64,000 nucleotides of DNA from Octopus sinensis (Eukaryota). A program made the translations under genes and the position numbers. The stretch covers positions 26,226,001 to 26,290,000 of the forward strand of contig NC_043010.1 in assembly GCF_006345805.1 (NCBI RefSeq). Direction: 5' to 3'. The notes beneath the pieces were generated by a model. That model was not told where the DNA came from, ran no database searches, and was given only the letters and a program-made list of their open reading frames with translations. Shown here piece by piece: positions 51,310 through 64,000 of the stretch (position 1 is its first letter; each line of letters starts with the position of its first letter).

Positions 51310-51870
51310 ATGTCTACCAAAAGTCCTGTGCTAGTCCTGTGCTAGTCCCTCCATATCCTCCAGGGTGACATCAAGCCTCTGAAAATTTTCCCCAATCATG
51401 TCCAGCCATCTGATGCAGGACCTGCCACAAAGCCTCTTCCAGCCTGTAGCTGCTGCATCAAACGAGAGTAAAGCCCTGGTGTGGCACACAGAGGACATGT
51501 CTGTACCAGCGCATGCGATGGATAGCTATGAGGTGGGAGGCTGATACATGCATGCATGCATGCATGCATGCATGCATGCAGTTCTTTGTTGGAAACATGA
51601 TGGTACTATCTAATGTTCTTGATGGTTTTCAGGGTTCTGCTATCAAAGCTGTTGATCTTTGCCAGGGTCTCCCCAATATGAAACTGCAAAAGTTGATTAG
51701 GGTTTGGCCAAAGAGGAAAGTGCCTATCTTCAATCCTTTCAACATTGTCCACCACAGAACTTCTTTTGGCATGGCCCCTAGACAAGGAAAAACCTCATGT
51801 CCCACCTTATCAAAGACAGGTAGTGGGGTGGTCCCCATGATTGCTCTACTACATGGTCATGCAAGATGAA
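51310..51870 (-). mobile_element. Decayed RTE-like LINE fragment interrupted by (ATGC)n
   Basis: INSFDSRTLKTIKNIR*YHHVSNKE and RMRWYRHVL segments. Confidence 0.6.
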
Positions 51871-52076
51871 TTTAGCTAATGACAGAGCCCCACCAAATGG
51901 AGCTCAGTCACAAGATAGGTTTATTTCACATGTAACAACATAACTTCACAAGTTACCAATACTTGGATACTAATAATAATAATAATAGCAACAATAATAA
52001 TAATCCTTTCTAATGGAGGCATAAAGCCTCAAATTTGTGGGGAGGGAACTAGTCAATTACATCAACCCCAGTGTTT

Positions 52077-53147
52077 CATCATCATCATCATCATCATCAT
52101 TGTTTAACGTCCATTTTCCGTGCTAGCACAGGTTGGATGGTTTGACAGGGTCTGGGATGCTAGGAGGCTGCACCAGGCTACAGTCTGATCTGGCAGTGTT
52201 TCTACAGCTGGATGCCCTTCCTAATGCCAACCACTCCGTGATTGTAGTGGGTGCTCTTTACATGCCACCGGCACAGGTGCCAGGGGAGGCTGGCAGCGGC
52301 CACGATCGGTTGGTGCTTTTTACGTGCCACTGGCACAGAAGCCAGTCAAGGCGGCGCTGGCATTGGCCACATTCAGATGGTGCATTTTATGTGCCACCGG
52401 CACAGGTATCACAACTACTATTTCCATTTGATATTTATTTCGATGTTGATGTACTTGACTCAATAGATCTCCTCAAGCACAGCAGGTCATGTGCCAGCGG
52501 CACAGAAGCCAGACAAGGCAGCGCTGGCATCGGCCACGTTCGGATGGTGCTTTTTACGTGCCGCCGGCACAGGTATCATGACTACAATTTCCATTTTATA
52601 TTTATTTTGATATTGATGTATTTGACTCAATAGGTCTCCTCAAGCACAGCAGGTCACTCTACGATCCAGGGTAAGCACAGCAGGTCGTTCTGCAATCCAA
52701 GGTATTTTGAATGGGCTGAGCCTATGCAAAACTGGTGCAGGAAGCAGCCCGGGTCTTTGCAGTCACAGCATATCTCCAGAGATCTCAGTCTTTCATCATT
52801 GCCTCTGTGAGGCCCAACGTTCGGAAGTCATGCTTGACTACATCATCCCATGTTTTCCTGTGTCTACTTCTCCCCCTGATACCTTCAACTGTTTGGGAGT
52901 GGCACTTCTTCACACATCTCTCCTCATCCATCCGCAGTACATGACCATACCAGCGCAAACGTCTCTCTTGCACACCACATCTGATGCTTCTTATGTCCAG
53001 CATTTCTCTCAGGGTGCTTACACTCTGTCGTGTGTGCACACTGACATTACACATCCAGCGGATCATGCTAGCTTCATTTCTTTCAAGCCTACATATGTCC
53101 TCTGCAGTCACAGCCCATGTTTCACTACCGTGAAGCATGGCAGTTCG
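52077..53147 (-). mobile_element. 5'-truncated RTE LINE copy (same family as 40423-41936) inserted inside a family B SINE
   Basis: [14 protein letters not shown]...RLRWYGHVLRMDE...KTWDDVVKHD; 3' UTR and (GAT)n tail; SINE halves flank both sides. Confidence 0.9.
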
Positions 53148-53856
53148 CTTAATTTATCGACCCCAATTTATCGATGAAAGGTAAAGTCAACCTCGGTGGA
53201 ATTTGAACTCAGAACATAGCGGCAGACGAAATACTGCTAAGCATTTCACATGGCATGCTTACAATTCTGCCAGCTCGGCACCTTAACAACAACAACAACA
53301 ACAACAATAATAATAATAATCCTTTCTGCTACAGGCACAAGGCTTGAATTTTGATGAGAGAAGACTAGTTGATTACACTGACACCAGTATTTCACTGGTA
53401 CTTAATCTATCGATCCCAAACGGAGGAAAGGCAAAGTTGACCTCGGCAGAATTTGAACTCAGAACATGAGTATGGATGAAATGCCACTAAGCATTCTAGC
53501 TGGTGTGTTAACAATTCTGCCCACATTTTGGCACAAGGCCAGCAATTCCAGGGGAGGAGGTAAGCTGATTACATTGCCCCCCCCACCCCCACCCCTCCGG
53601 TAGTACTTATTTTATCGGCCCCAAAAGGATGAAAGGCAAAGTCAACCTTGGCAGAATTTGAACTCAGAATGTAAAGACACAAAATACCACTGAGCATTCT
53701 GTCTGACATGCAAACAATTCTGCCAGCTTGTTGCCTTAATATTAATAATCCTTTCCACTAAAAGCACAAGGCCTGAAATTTTGGGGAAAGGGACTAGTTG
53801 ATTATATTGACCCCAGTGTTTCACTGGTACTTAATTTATTGACCCCGAGAGGATGA

Positions 53857-53913
<57 letters not shown>

Positions 53914-54018
53914 CCTTTCTACTATAGGCACAAGGTCTGAAATTTTGGGGAAAGGGACTAGTCGATTTACAGTGATGTAAACAAACCAACACCTTCAAGC
54001 AGTGGAAGGACAAACATA

Positions 54019-54067
<49 letters not shown>

Positions 54068-54440
54068 CAGGCTTCTACAAAGTTTCCATCTATCATATTC
54101 ACTCAGAAGTTTTGCTTGGTCTGGAGCTATGATCCCCATACTTAATTTATATCAACCCTGAGATGAAAGGTAAAGTCAACCTCAGCAGAATTTGAACTCC
54201 GAACATAAGGACAGACAAAATACCACTAAGCATTTTGTCCAGCATGCAAATGATTCTGCCAGCTCATTGCCTTAATATCAATAATAACAGCAGCAGTAGT
54301 AGTGGTGGTAGTAACAATAATAATGGTTTCAAATTAAGGCACGAAGCCAACAATTCTGAGAAGAGAGGTCAACAACCCCAGTACTTAACAGATACTTGAT
54401 TTTTGTCGACCTTGAAAGGATAAAAGGTAAAGCTGACCAG
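53148..54440 (-). mobile_element. Head-to-tail train of about six family B SINE copies or fragments
   Basis: Repeated units in the same orientation separated by (AAT)/(AAC)n. Confidence 0.8.
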
Positions 54441-56091
54441 GGCAATGGAGGAAATACGAAAAAAAGCCTCTCTCTTTTATTTTTTTTTTGCAACATTCTA
54501 CACAATCTGCCAATTTTTGTCATTTTCAAATATATTACATTTGCAGGGGCTGCAGAAATTGATCAAATATTTTCTAGGGATGCAGAGCTAATAAAAATGG
54601 TCATAAACCATCAGTGATAGAAATGGTATTAGGAATTAGGGGTTTGCTAAGATCGGTCAGACTGAGGTTGGGGAGTGGGGACCAGGCACAACAGTCCACC
54701 TAACACTATGAGATGAAATGTATGGGAATGCTCTAACTCTGCATAACCATCTAACCATCATGCCTATCACTGGAAACCATGGTTCTATGTAATTACTCCA
54801 CCTGCTAGAAATAGTAGCTATATCACTGAACTGGTTTAAAAAAGGAAAGTCATGTTGGATAATTCAGATGTATAAATAGTTGGCTGGAAGGCCTTTTATT
54901 ATCAGAGATGATAAAAGAACTGACCTGAAGGCTTAATTATAGACAACTATATGCAGGCATGAGTGTGTGGCTGAGAAGTACACTTTTTAACAGTGGGGTT
55001 TCAAGTTCAGTCCCATGGCTTGGCATAGCTCCAGACCAACCAAAACTTCTGAGTGAATATTATAGATGGAGACTGTGTAGAAGCCTGTTTTGTGTGTGTG
55101 TGTGTGTATGTGCTTATGTTTGTCTTTCCACTGCTTGAAGGTGTTGGTTTGTTTACGTCACCGTAACTTAGCAGTTCGACAAAAGACACTGACAGAATAA
55201 GTACTAGGCTTGAAATAAGGAATGGAATTCACTTGTTTGACAAACCTAACAAAGCAGTGCTCCAGCATGGCCAAAAATGAGTGCAACAAGATGAAAAGAA
55301 AAGCAGAAAGAAAATATGGTAAATCATCGCCAGCCAGGATGCTGAACCGCCAAGTGTCGATATACGTTGCTTTTGCAAACAATTTGGTGCTGGCAGTCTG
55401 TGAGGCATCATTCAGCAGCAGACATGACAGATTTTTTCAGGTGCAAAGACTTGAGCAACATGAAATAGATTACCTTGCTCAAGGACAAAACACACCACAC
55501 GATACGAGAATTGAAGGCATAACCTTATGATCTTGAATCTGACAGACTAACCAAAAACCCACTTGCACACATGCGTAGAACATGCTATTCATCAAAAAAC
55601 AATTGCAGGAAGGAATCAGCTCATATACATGGTGGTGGTGGTGTGTATGTGTGTGTATGTGTGCGTGTGTGTGTCTCCCCTCTCATCATCATAATCATCA
55701 TAATTGTCATTTTAGCATTCACATTTCCCATGATTTGGACAGAATTTACTGAGATTGGTTTTTCTCTGGTTGGATGTCCTTCCTGTCACCAACCCTTATG
55801 CATTCCAAAGCAAGGCAGTATTTCCCTATGACCAGACATGTTTTCACACAGGACTGGAAATGAATGGACATCACTTACATTACAGCAAGAACTTATTTAC
55901 AACCACTATTCAATGTCAGGTCAAGGACAAACATACACATATATATTTTATGCTGGGATTCTTTCAGTTTCACTCAAAAAGCCTTGGTTGGCTCGAGATT
56001 ATAGTAGAGGAGAGCTGCCCAGCTGCTAAGCAGTGGGACTAAACCTGAGGTTGGAAAATGGAAGCAAACTTTTTAATCAAACAACCACAAC

Positions 56092-56128
<37 letters not shown>

Positions 56129-56174
56129 GTTAGTGGTATAATGTCAACAACACTAGTTCAAAACAACCACATCA

Positions 56175-56590
56175 CATGTATGTATGTATGTACGTATGTA
56201 TTATGTATGTATGTACATACGTACGTATGTATGTATTATGTATGTATGTATGTATGTACATACCTATGTATGTATGTACGTATGTACGTATGTATGTATG
56301 TATGTATATATGTACATATGTACGTATGTATGTATGTATGTACGTATGTATGTACATACATACGTACGTATGTATGTATGTACATACATGTGTATGCATG
56401 TATGTATGTACGTACGTGTGTATATATATGTATGTATGTCTTATGTATGTATGTATATATGTATGTATGTACATGTGTATGTATGTATGTGTGTATATAT
56501 GTATTTATGTATTTTGTACGTATGTATGTACGTATGTGTATATATATGTATGTCTTATGCATGTATGCATTATGTATGTATGTATGTATC
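56175..56590. repeat. Degenerate (TATG/TACG) tetranucleotide satellite
   Basis: Seen directly. Confidence 0.9.
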
Positions 56591-58040
56591 TATCTATATC
56601 ATGATAATGGTAACTGCTTCAAGTAATTTCTGTTGACATTCCACTGCTAAACTAAGTAGTTCTCTTCTCAAAACATCTTTCTAAAACATCAGTCATTAAG
56701 AACAAGAAGAAAAAAAACAGAAAAATATCTACAAATAAAAAAAGGAAAAAAAGCCATAGGTGGAAATGTGTCCTTGGTGATGACCTTGACCTTCATCGTC
56801 ATCATTGCCCTTGATTCTTTGCTTCTACTAGCAACCAGTAAAGTAATGGGAAAGTGGGGAAGTATGCATGTGTGTGTGTGCATGTGAGTGTGTGTGCATG
56901 TGTATATTCACATGTATGCACACAATCACACATATGCAAGTGTAATTTGAACTAAGAGTCAGTAACCTCCATGTACATGATACGTGTGTGTGTGTGTGTG
57001 TGAGTGTATACCACATAAAAACCACTCAAGCTAGTGCCATGTAAAAAGCACCTATGCAGGTTCCACATTAAAGTCACCCATGTTGGTGTCACATATAAAG
57101 CACCTGTGCTGGTGCCATATATAAAGCACCTGTTGTTCTGGTGCCACACAGAAAGACACTATTTGGTGCCACGTAAAAGGTCCCCAGTACATTCTGTAAT
57201 GTGGTTGGCATTAGGAAGGGCATGCTGCTGTAGAAACCCTAACCAAAATAGACAATTGGAACACAGAGCAGCTTTCTGTCTTTTCAACTCTTGTTACAAG
57301 ATTCAACCCATGCCAGCATGGAAAACAGTCATTAAATGGTGGTGGTGGTGGTGGATGCATGAGTACTTGGAAATTTCTGGTTTGGTACTCAGGAATGCAT
57401 GTAGCCTACCAGGGTGGTTTGAATTCTAAGCCATGGTAAAGGCAAGCAACACGGGAGATGGAGAACTCAAACCAAATAAAAAAAAAAGCAAAATCTGAGT
57501 TTTGTTGTTTATTGTGTTTGTGGTAAACATTTGCACTGACTTTTTCTGCTATCAGCATTTCCAAAAAGTGTGGCTGGTCCAGTGCAAGCCCTCATCTCTG
57601 AACAAACATCATTTGCATGTTAGAACCTCATATATCAAAGTCAATGGAAGAAGTCATCCTCTGTGTGTATGTGTGTGTGTGTGAGAGAGAGAGAGTGTAT
57701 GTAAGCTTGGCGGAGTTCATGATTTTTTAAGCTAGGTTATTAATTACAATGAATGAAACTCGTGAGCTAATTATGTAACGTTGCAACTAATTAACATATA
57801 TATATAGATATATATATATACATACAGGCACAGGCGTGGCTGTGAGGTAAGAAGCTTGCTTCCCAACCACATGGTTCTGGGTTCAGTCCCACAGCATGGT
57901 ACCTTGGGCAAATGTCTTCTACTATAGTCTCGGGCCAACCAAAGCATTGTGAGTGGATTTGGCAGATGGAAACTGAAAGAAGCCCATCGTGTGTGTATAT
58001 ATATGTGTATATATATATATATATATATAATATATATATA

Positions 58041-58075
<35 letters not shown>

Positions 58076-59074
58076 ATGTTTGTGTGTCTGTGTTTGTCCT
58101 CCCACCATCACTTGACAACCAATATTGGGGCATTTACATCGCCGTAACTTAGTGGTTCAGCAAAAGAGACCGACAGAATAAGTACAAGCTTCAATTGACT
58201 GAAGGCGGTGCTCCAGCATGGCCGCAGTCAAATGACTGAAGCAAGTAAAAGCATGAAAGAATATATAATGTAAATGGATGGTTGGATGGATATAGATATA
58301 TGTTTTCATGTATGCATCTATGTAGTGACCATTTAATATCCATGCTCTAAGATGGCATCGGTTCGACAGTTTGACAGGACCACATGAGACACACAGAACT
58401 TTGTAAATGGCACACCTCATAAAAAAAATTACCTTGGATTGTTTTTAGCAGTGCAGTCCAAATGATGATGTGCCATGCTTCATATGGCCTGCTTCTTGAA
58501 AAAGTTTGCCTATGCCTGCTCTATACAGTTGATTGACAATGCTAGAAATAGCAGTCAAATCTCTTTCAAATCACACCCCTTCTTCTATATTTATTAGCCG
58601 GGAGGGCAGGGAATGCTGATGGATCCATTACAAGGCCTCCAAGATTAATGGGAGGGAGGGAAAAAGATATCTTCAAATTGAGAAAGGGATGCCCTGAACG
58701 CTTGCAAGAGCCCGGACTCCATTCATCCAAGACAAGATTTGGATTCAGAACACACACAGAGATAGAGGAAATACCAAAAAGCATCCAATCCACCACTTTA
58801 GACTGGTTCATTTTTTTACAGACCCTGAAAGGATGAAAGGCAAAGCTGGCCTCAGCAAGATTTGAACTTAGCATGCTGACACTCTGAGCAACTACTCTGA
58901 TGCATATACTGTGCTTAAAAGACAAAAAAAGGAGACAGTCATAGAATGCTTCTGATTATAGGTTTGTGATATGAGGAGCAATCTGGGGGTTATAGAGCAC
59001 CATGAAGAATGTCAGCAGGTGACCTGTCCCTTAAGGTGCTTGGCTTATGTAGGAGTATGTTAACTATGATGGTT

Positions 59075-59224
59075 CCCCATTTAGGTAGAAGGCCAGCAAC
59101 TTTGAGACAAAGAAAATTAACTGATATCATCAGCTCCAAAACTACACTGGTACTTAAATTAACCTCATAGGATTTGAACTCACAATGTAAAGAGAAGAAC
59201 AAATACTGCCAAACCATTTATGTT

Positions 59225-59287
<63 letters not shown>

Positions 59288-59508
59288 CCTTTCTACTATA
59301 GGCACAAGGCCTAAAATTTTTGGGGAAGGGATAAGTTGATTACATCGCCCTGCCCCATGCGTAACTGGTACTTTTCATTGACCCCTAAAAGGATGAATGA
59401 CAAATCGACCTCAGCGGAACTCAGAACATAAGGAAAGACAAAATACCACTAACCATTTTGCTCAGCGTGCTAACAATTCTACCAGCTCACCACCTTAATA
59501 ACAATAAC

Positions 59509-59562
<54 letters not shown>

Positions 59563-59790
59563 CCTTTCTATTATAGGCACAAGGCCTGAGATTTTCAAGG
59601 TGGGGGGACTAGTCGATTAGATCAACTCCAGTATCTCATTGATACTTAATTTATCGACCCTGAAAAGATGAAAGGCAAAGTCAACCTCGTAATAATAATG
59701 ATAATAATCCTCTCTATTCTAGGCACAAGTCCTGAAATTTTGCGGGAGGAGGTTAATTAATTACAGCAACTGCAGTGTTTCACTGGTGCC
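59075..59790 (-). mobile_element. Head-to-tail train of four family B SINE copies or fragments
   Basis: As above. Confidence 0.8.
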
Positions 59791-60022
59791 ATGTAAAAAG
59801 CACCCAGTCCACTCTCAAAAGTGGCTGTCATTAATTAGGAAAGGCACCCAGCCATTGAAACCATGCCAAAACAGATATCACTGGTGCTGGGGTCATATAA
59901 AAGGAACCCAGCCCACTATGTTAAGTGGTCGGTGTTAGGAAGGGCATCCAGCTGTAAAAACCCTGCCAAATAAAGATAGCAGAGTTTGGTTCGAATTCAA
60001 TAAATAATGTACAATGGTCAAA

Positions 60023-60179
60023 TCCTCTCTTTCTCCCTCTGTTTCTCTTTCCCCCCTCTCTCCTGTTTCTTTTCCCCTCCTTCCCTCCCTCTCCCTGTTT
60101 TTTCCCTCTCTCTCTCTCCCTTTGTTTTCCCCTCCTTCCCCCACCCTGCTTCTCTTCCCCTCCTTCTCTCTCTCTCTCT
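60023..60179. repeat. Polypyrimidine (CT-rich) tract
   Basis: Seen directly. Confidence 0.9.
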
Positions 60180-60782
60180 GAACTGTTAGAATTACATCAA
60201 CAGCATACCACCACAAGTCTGTAGGATACTCAACCACTTAACATGTTACTTGTTGACCAAACAGCTGGGTACTCATCATCCTAAGTGGCCTTGAAACCAA
60301 CCTCAATCCAACCACCACCACCACTACTACAACTATGTCATTCCTTTTCACCAACACAAAGAACATGAAATACAACCAGTTATTTATATTCAGCCATATA
60401 AACACACATGCACATACCTAGATGTGTGTATATGTATATTTACAGGTGTGTGTACATATACTTGTGTATGTATACTTATGTGTGTATGAACGTGTGTGTA
60501 TATGTGTATTTATGTGTAATGCATGAGGGGGAGTGGAGATGTGTGTGTGTGTGTGTGTGTCAGTTTGAAAGACTTTTAAATTAGAAAACATTTATTATAT
60601 ACAAAATCTTTTTAAAAAAGCAGGTTAACATAAACCTTATGGAAGAGAGCTTTTGTGTAAGCGCTTTCAGTGTATTCAGTTTTTCAAATACATATAGTTT
60701 AGAAAATTTTTTAGATAATTAATAATTTTAAATTTAATTTCTAAATCCTGGGACATTATTGAGAAAATTTTTCTTCGATGTG

Positions 60783-60823
<41 letters not shown>

Positions 60824-60852
60824 GCAAAATAATATGTGACAATTATTCAGTA

Positions 60853-60922
60853 GCCAAGATAAAACTCTGAGTTTCGGATGCCGAGGTGGAAATCCACAAC
60901 ACCATCTCCTCAGTTATCTGGC
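60853..60922 (-). ncRNA. Type I hammerhead ribozyme motif in a Penelope-like terminal remnant
   Basis: GCC-AGATAA-CTGAGGA-G-ATG(..GTGG-ATTT-CCAC..)CAT-C-C-GAAA-CTC-A-GAG-T-T-TTATCT-T-GGC: all conserved core positions are present and stems I, II and III pair. Confidence 0.75.
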
Positions 60923-61728
60923 CATAATATTGAGGTCGCTTTCTTTCTTTTGTTATCTTACCGTTTTTACCAATATATATATATGCTGATACCCCTTCGG
61001 TCACAAATGACCATGGGATTGCACATAGAAAGCTACCCTCTGAAGCACACGTCTGGGCAAGGTTGTTTATGGAAGACCAGCAGTCGCCCATGCACAACAG
61101 CCTCACCTCTCCATGTCACTGATGTTATCCAAGGGAAAAGCAAAGGCCGATACAGCTTCACATCAGTGACATTGCAACTCAATTCTACAGTGGAGTGAAC
61201 TGGAGCAATGGGAAATAAAGTGTCTTGCTCAAGAGCACAACATGCAGTCCGGTCCAGGATTCGAACTCACAACCTCATGGTCATAAGTTCGACAATCTAA
61301 CCACTGAGCCATGTGCCTTCACACACACACACACACACATATATATACATATACATATACATACATATATGTATGTATGTATGTACATCAAATGCAAAGG
61401 ATGAAATGTCCTTCCTGAGACATAGCCTCATAAGGCCAGTTTCCCATATTCTGTAGCATGTGTATCTCCTCAACTCCTGGATGGGGTGCAGATCTGTCAC
61501 AGGATTATTCTTTTGTACCAGTTAAGTGAACAGGAACAAGGTGGAATGAAGTGTCTTATCAAAGAATCCATTCCATCACTCAGTCCAGGAATAGAAACCA
61601 CAATCTTACGAGCATCTGGGCTCTAACTACTAAGCCATGCGTCTCCACATGTATGTATGTATGCATGTGTGTGTGTGTGCATTTGAATGTGAGTATGTAT
61701 GTATGCATGGGACATAAGATAAACGTAC

Positions 61729-61796
61729 AAGGGATTAAACACTGTGATGACATTCACAGGAAAACCACTCCAAGTACTCGCAAGCAACATTTTGAA
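61729..61796 (-). CDS. Candidate internal exon (68 nt; FKMLLASTWSGFPVNVITVFNP)
   Basis: Very strong acceptor CTCCCTGTTGTTCTTGTTTCTTTATTTTAG, donor GTACGT; one open frame; no homolog recognised. Confidence 0.2.
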
Positions 61797-62829
61797 CTAA
61801 AATAAAGAAACAAGAACAACAGGGAGTAAACAATGACCTGTAACAAATTATGCCAGTCTTGTGCAGGGGTTCCCAACCTTGTGACAGCAAACTCCTGAGA
61901 GCACAAAAAAGATCTTCACTGCACACAAACTAAATTATGTATCACCCACATTATGAAGGAATAATACTCAAAATTAAAGAGGGTCTGTATACACAAAGAA
62001 CACATATTCTTGCTTCAACAGCAAGCTCCGTTCCTCACCAAGCCTTCCTCCCCTGTGTGTACAATTACTCTCAAATACCAGGGCACACGTACAATATCAT
62101 AGAACAATTAGTGCACCATCTATAATATAAATTATAATAATACTAATTCTTGGTGCAAATACTAATTTTGGTACAAGGTTCGCAATCTTAAGGGATTACA
62201 TGAACTCCAATACTTGACTGGTACTTATTTTGTCAATCTCAAAAGAGTGAAAGGCTTGGTTGGGTGTTTACATGCTATTTAACCCATAGGCGCAGGAGTG
62301 GCTGTGTGGTAAGTAGCTTGCTTCCCAATCACATGGTATCTGGTTTAGTCCCACTGCATGGCACCTTGGGCAAGAAGTGTTTTCTGCTATAGCCTCGGGC
62401 CGACCAAAGCTTTGTAAGTGGATTTGATAGATGGAAACTGAAAGAAGCCCGTCATATATATATGTATGTATGTATTTGTGTGCCTGTGTTTGTCCCACCA
62501 CCATTGCTTGACAACTGAGGCTGGTGTGTTTATGTCCCTGTAACTTAGCAGTTCACCAAAACAGATCAATAGAATAAGTACTAGGCTTACAAAGAGTAAG
62601 TCCTAGGGTCAATTTGTTCAACTAAAAGTGGTGCTCCAGCATGGCCACAAGCAAATGACTGAAACAAGTAAAAGAATAAAAGAACAGCTGGGATCCTGAC
62701 AGGTTCTACTATTCTGGGTCAGAGAAGACGTAGGAACAATAATGGCTAAGAAGTAGTTCCACACTCCTTGAAATCCTGGAGGATACAGTGTCCTGACTGA
62801 ATATTGGATACAACAGGCTCATTATAACT

Positions 62830-63449
62830 ATATGAGAGGCAGCCGCTACATCCTGAGTTCAAATTCCGCCAAGGTTGACTTTGCCTTTCATCCTTTCGGG
62901 GTTGATCAAATAAGTACCAGTTATGCACTGGAGTCGATATAATTGACTTAATCCGTTTGTCTGTCCTTGTTTGTCCTCTCTGTGTGTAGCACCTTGTGGG
63001 CAGTAAAGAAATAAGGAACATTAGCATGCTGGGCGAAATGCTTGGCGATATTTCATCTCTCTTCATGTTCTAAGTTCAAATTCAGCCTAAGTCAACTTTG
63101 CCTTTCATCCTTTTGTGGTCGATAAATTAAGTACCAGTTGTGTACTGGGGTCAATCTAATCGAATGGCACCCCCTCCCCAAGCATTTCAGGCATTGTGCC
63201 TAGAGTAGAAAAGATTATTACTATATGAGGATGCGAGGCAGCAAGCTGGCACAATCATTTGCATGCTGGACAAAACGCTCAGCAGCATTTCACCCATCTT
63301 CATGCTTTGAATTCAAATTCCACTGAGGTCAACTTTTGCCTTTCATCCTTTCAGGGTCGCTAAAGAACCAGTCAAGCACTGGGATCGATGTAATCAACTT
63401 CCTCCTCCTCCGAATTTGTTAGCCATGTGCCAAAATTTGAAACGATTAC
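62830..63449 (+). mobile_element. Three family B SINE copies or fragments in + orientation
   Basis: GAGTTCAAATTC...GCCTTTCATCCTTT...TACCAG repeated three times. Confidence 0.75.
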
Positions 63450-64000
63450 CACATGAGGAGTCTACCTATCATATGACCAATCACGTTAAAAGAAAACTTT
63501 TACCACTATGCCTAATATCAGGAAATATGGCGCACATGCAATAATTATCATACAGCTTTTATGAAATTTCTTGATGTCTTATGTAAAATCATGAAATGAA
63601 TGCTAATTTTCAAAAGAGAAATATTTATCACCTTCAATTCAATAAAACAAACTCCTCCTCCCATAACTACACTGTCTACCTCTCTTTTCTTTCACTCTTC
63701 CTGCACCTCTTATGCTAATTTTCTCCATCTCTCCTTTACTCACTCTTCCCCTCTCTTTATATAATGTAAGGCATGACTAGAGAAAGCATCTGACCGATAT
63801 TTATATTGTTTTATTATATAGAAACAGTTCCCGTCTCCAGTCCAGCCATTGCCAAAAACACAGAGGAGCAGCAGTTGTATAATGGCCACCCTGTGTAATA
63901 GCCATGTAGTGTATTATGCTAACTAGCCACCCCTTTGTGCATAATACACTTTCAACTACAATCAACATACACATATACATACCAGCCACCATGCGAGGTC

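Noticed and set aside
55324-55398. Zinc-finger-like peptide DCQHQIVCKSNVYRHLAVQH
   Set aside because: Ligand spacing does not fit C2H2, stops bracket it closely, and the acceptor is weak
58590-58836. + strand exon or ORF after a good acceptor
   Set aside because: Sits between SINE fragments, has no donor before running into a SINE, and the peptide is unrecognisable

Overview
This is 64 kb of AT-rich eukaryotic, repeat-saturated, mostly intronic or intergenic DNA. The microsatellite load and the mix of SINEs, RTE LINEs and MITEs resemble octopod (Octopus-like) cephalopod genomes; this is inferred from recalled repeat character, not from a search. I cannot identify any host protein-coding gene. 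Nearly all ORFs in the supplied track are microsatellite artefacts or TE fragments, and a few weak exon candidates are listed at low confidence. Supported content: several tRNA-derived or LINE-tail SINE families (many copies, some in head-to-tail trains); 5'-truncated RTE LINEs (one with a PHD-type finger inside the RT); CR1/L2-like and R4/Dong-like LINE remnants; two internally deleted Tc1/mariner elements; hAT, pogo/Tigger-like and TTAA-type MITEs; two non-autonomous Helitrons; and Penelope-like remnants. Most interesting: (1) a complete type I hammerhead ribozyme motif at 60853-60922 (-), plus an inverted pair of decayed hammerheads with the same stem III forming a 102-bp palindrome at 45372-45473; (2) two minisatellites whose units carry transcription-factor-like motifs, about 26 CCAAT-box-type units at 9740-10272 and about 23 TGACCTTT-type units at 14293-14770; (3) several long hairpins, including a near-perfect 62-bp stem at 3525-3659; (4) a CpG-retaining, promoter-like zone at about 23.5-25.8 kb.
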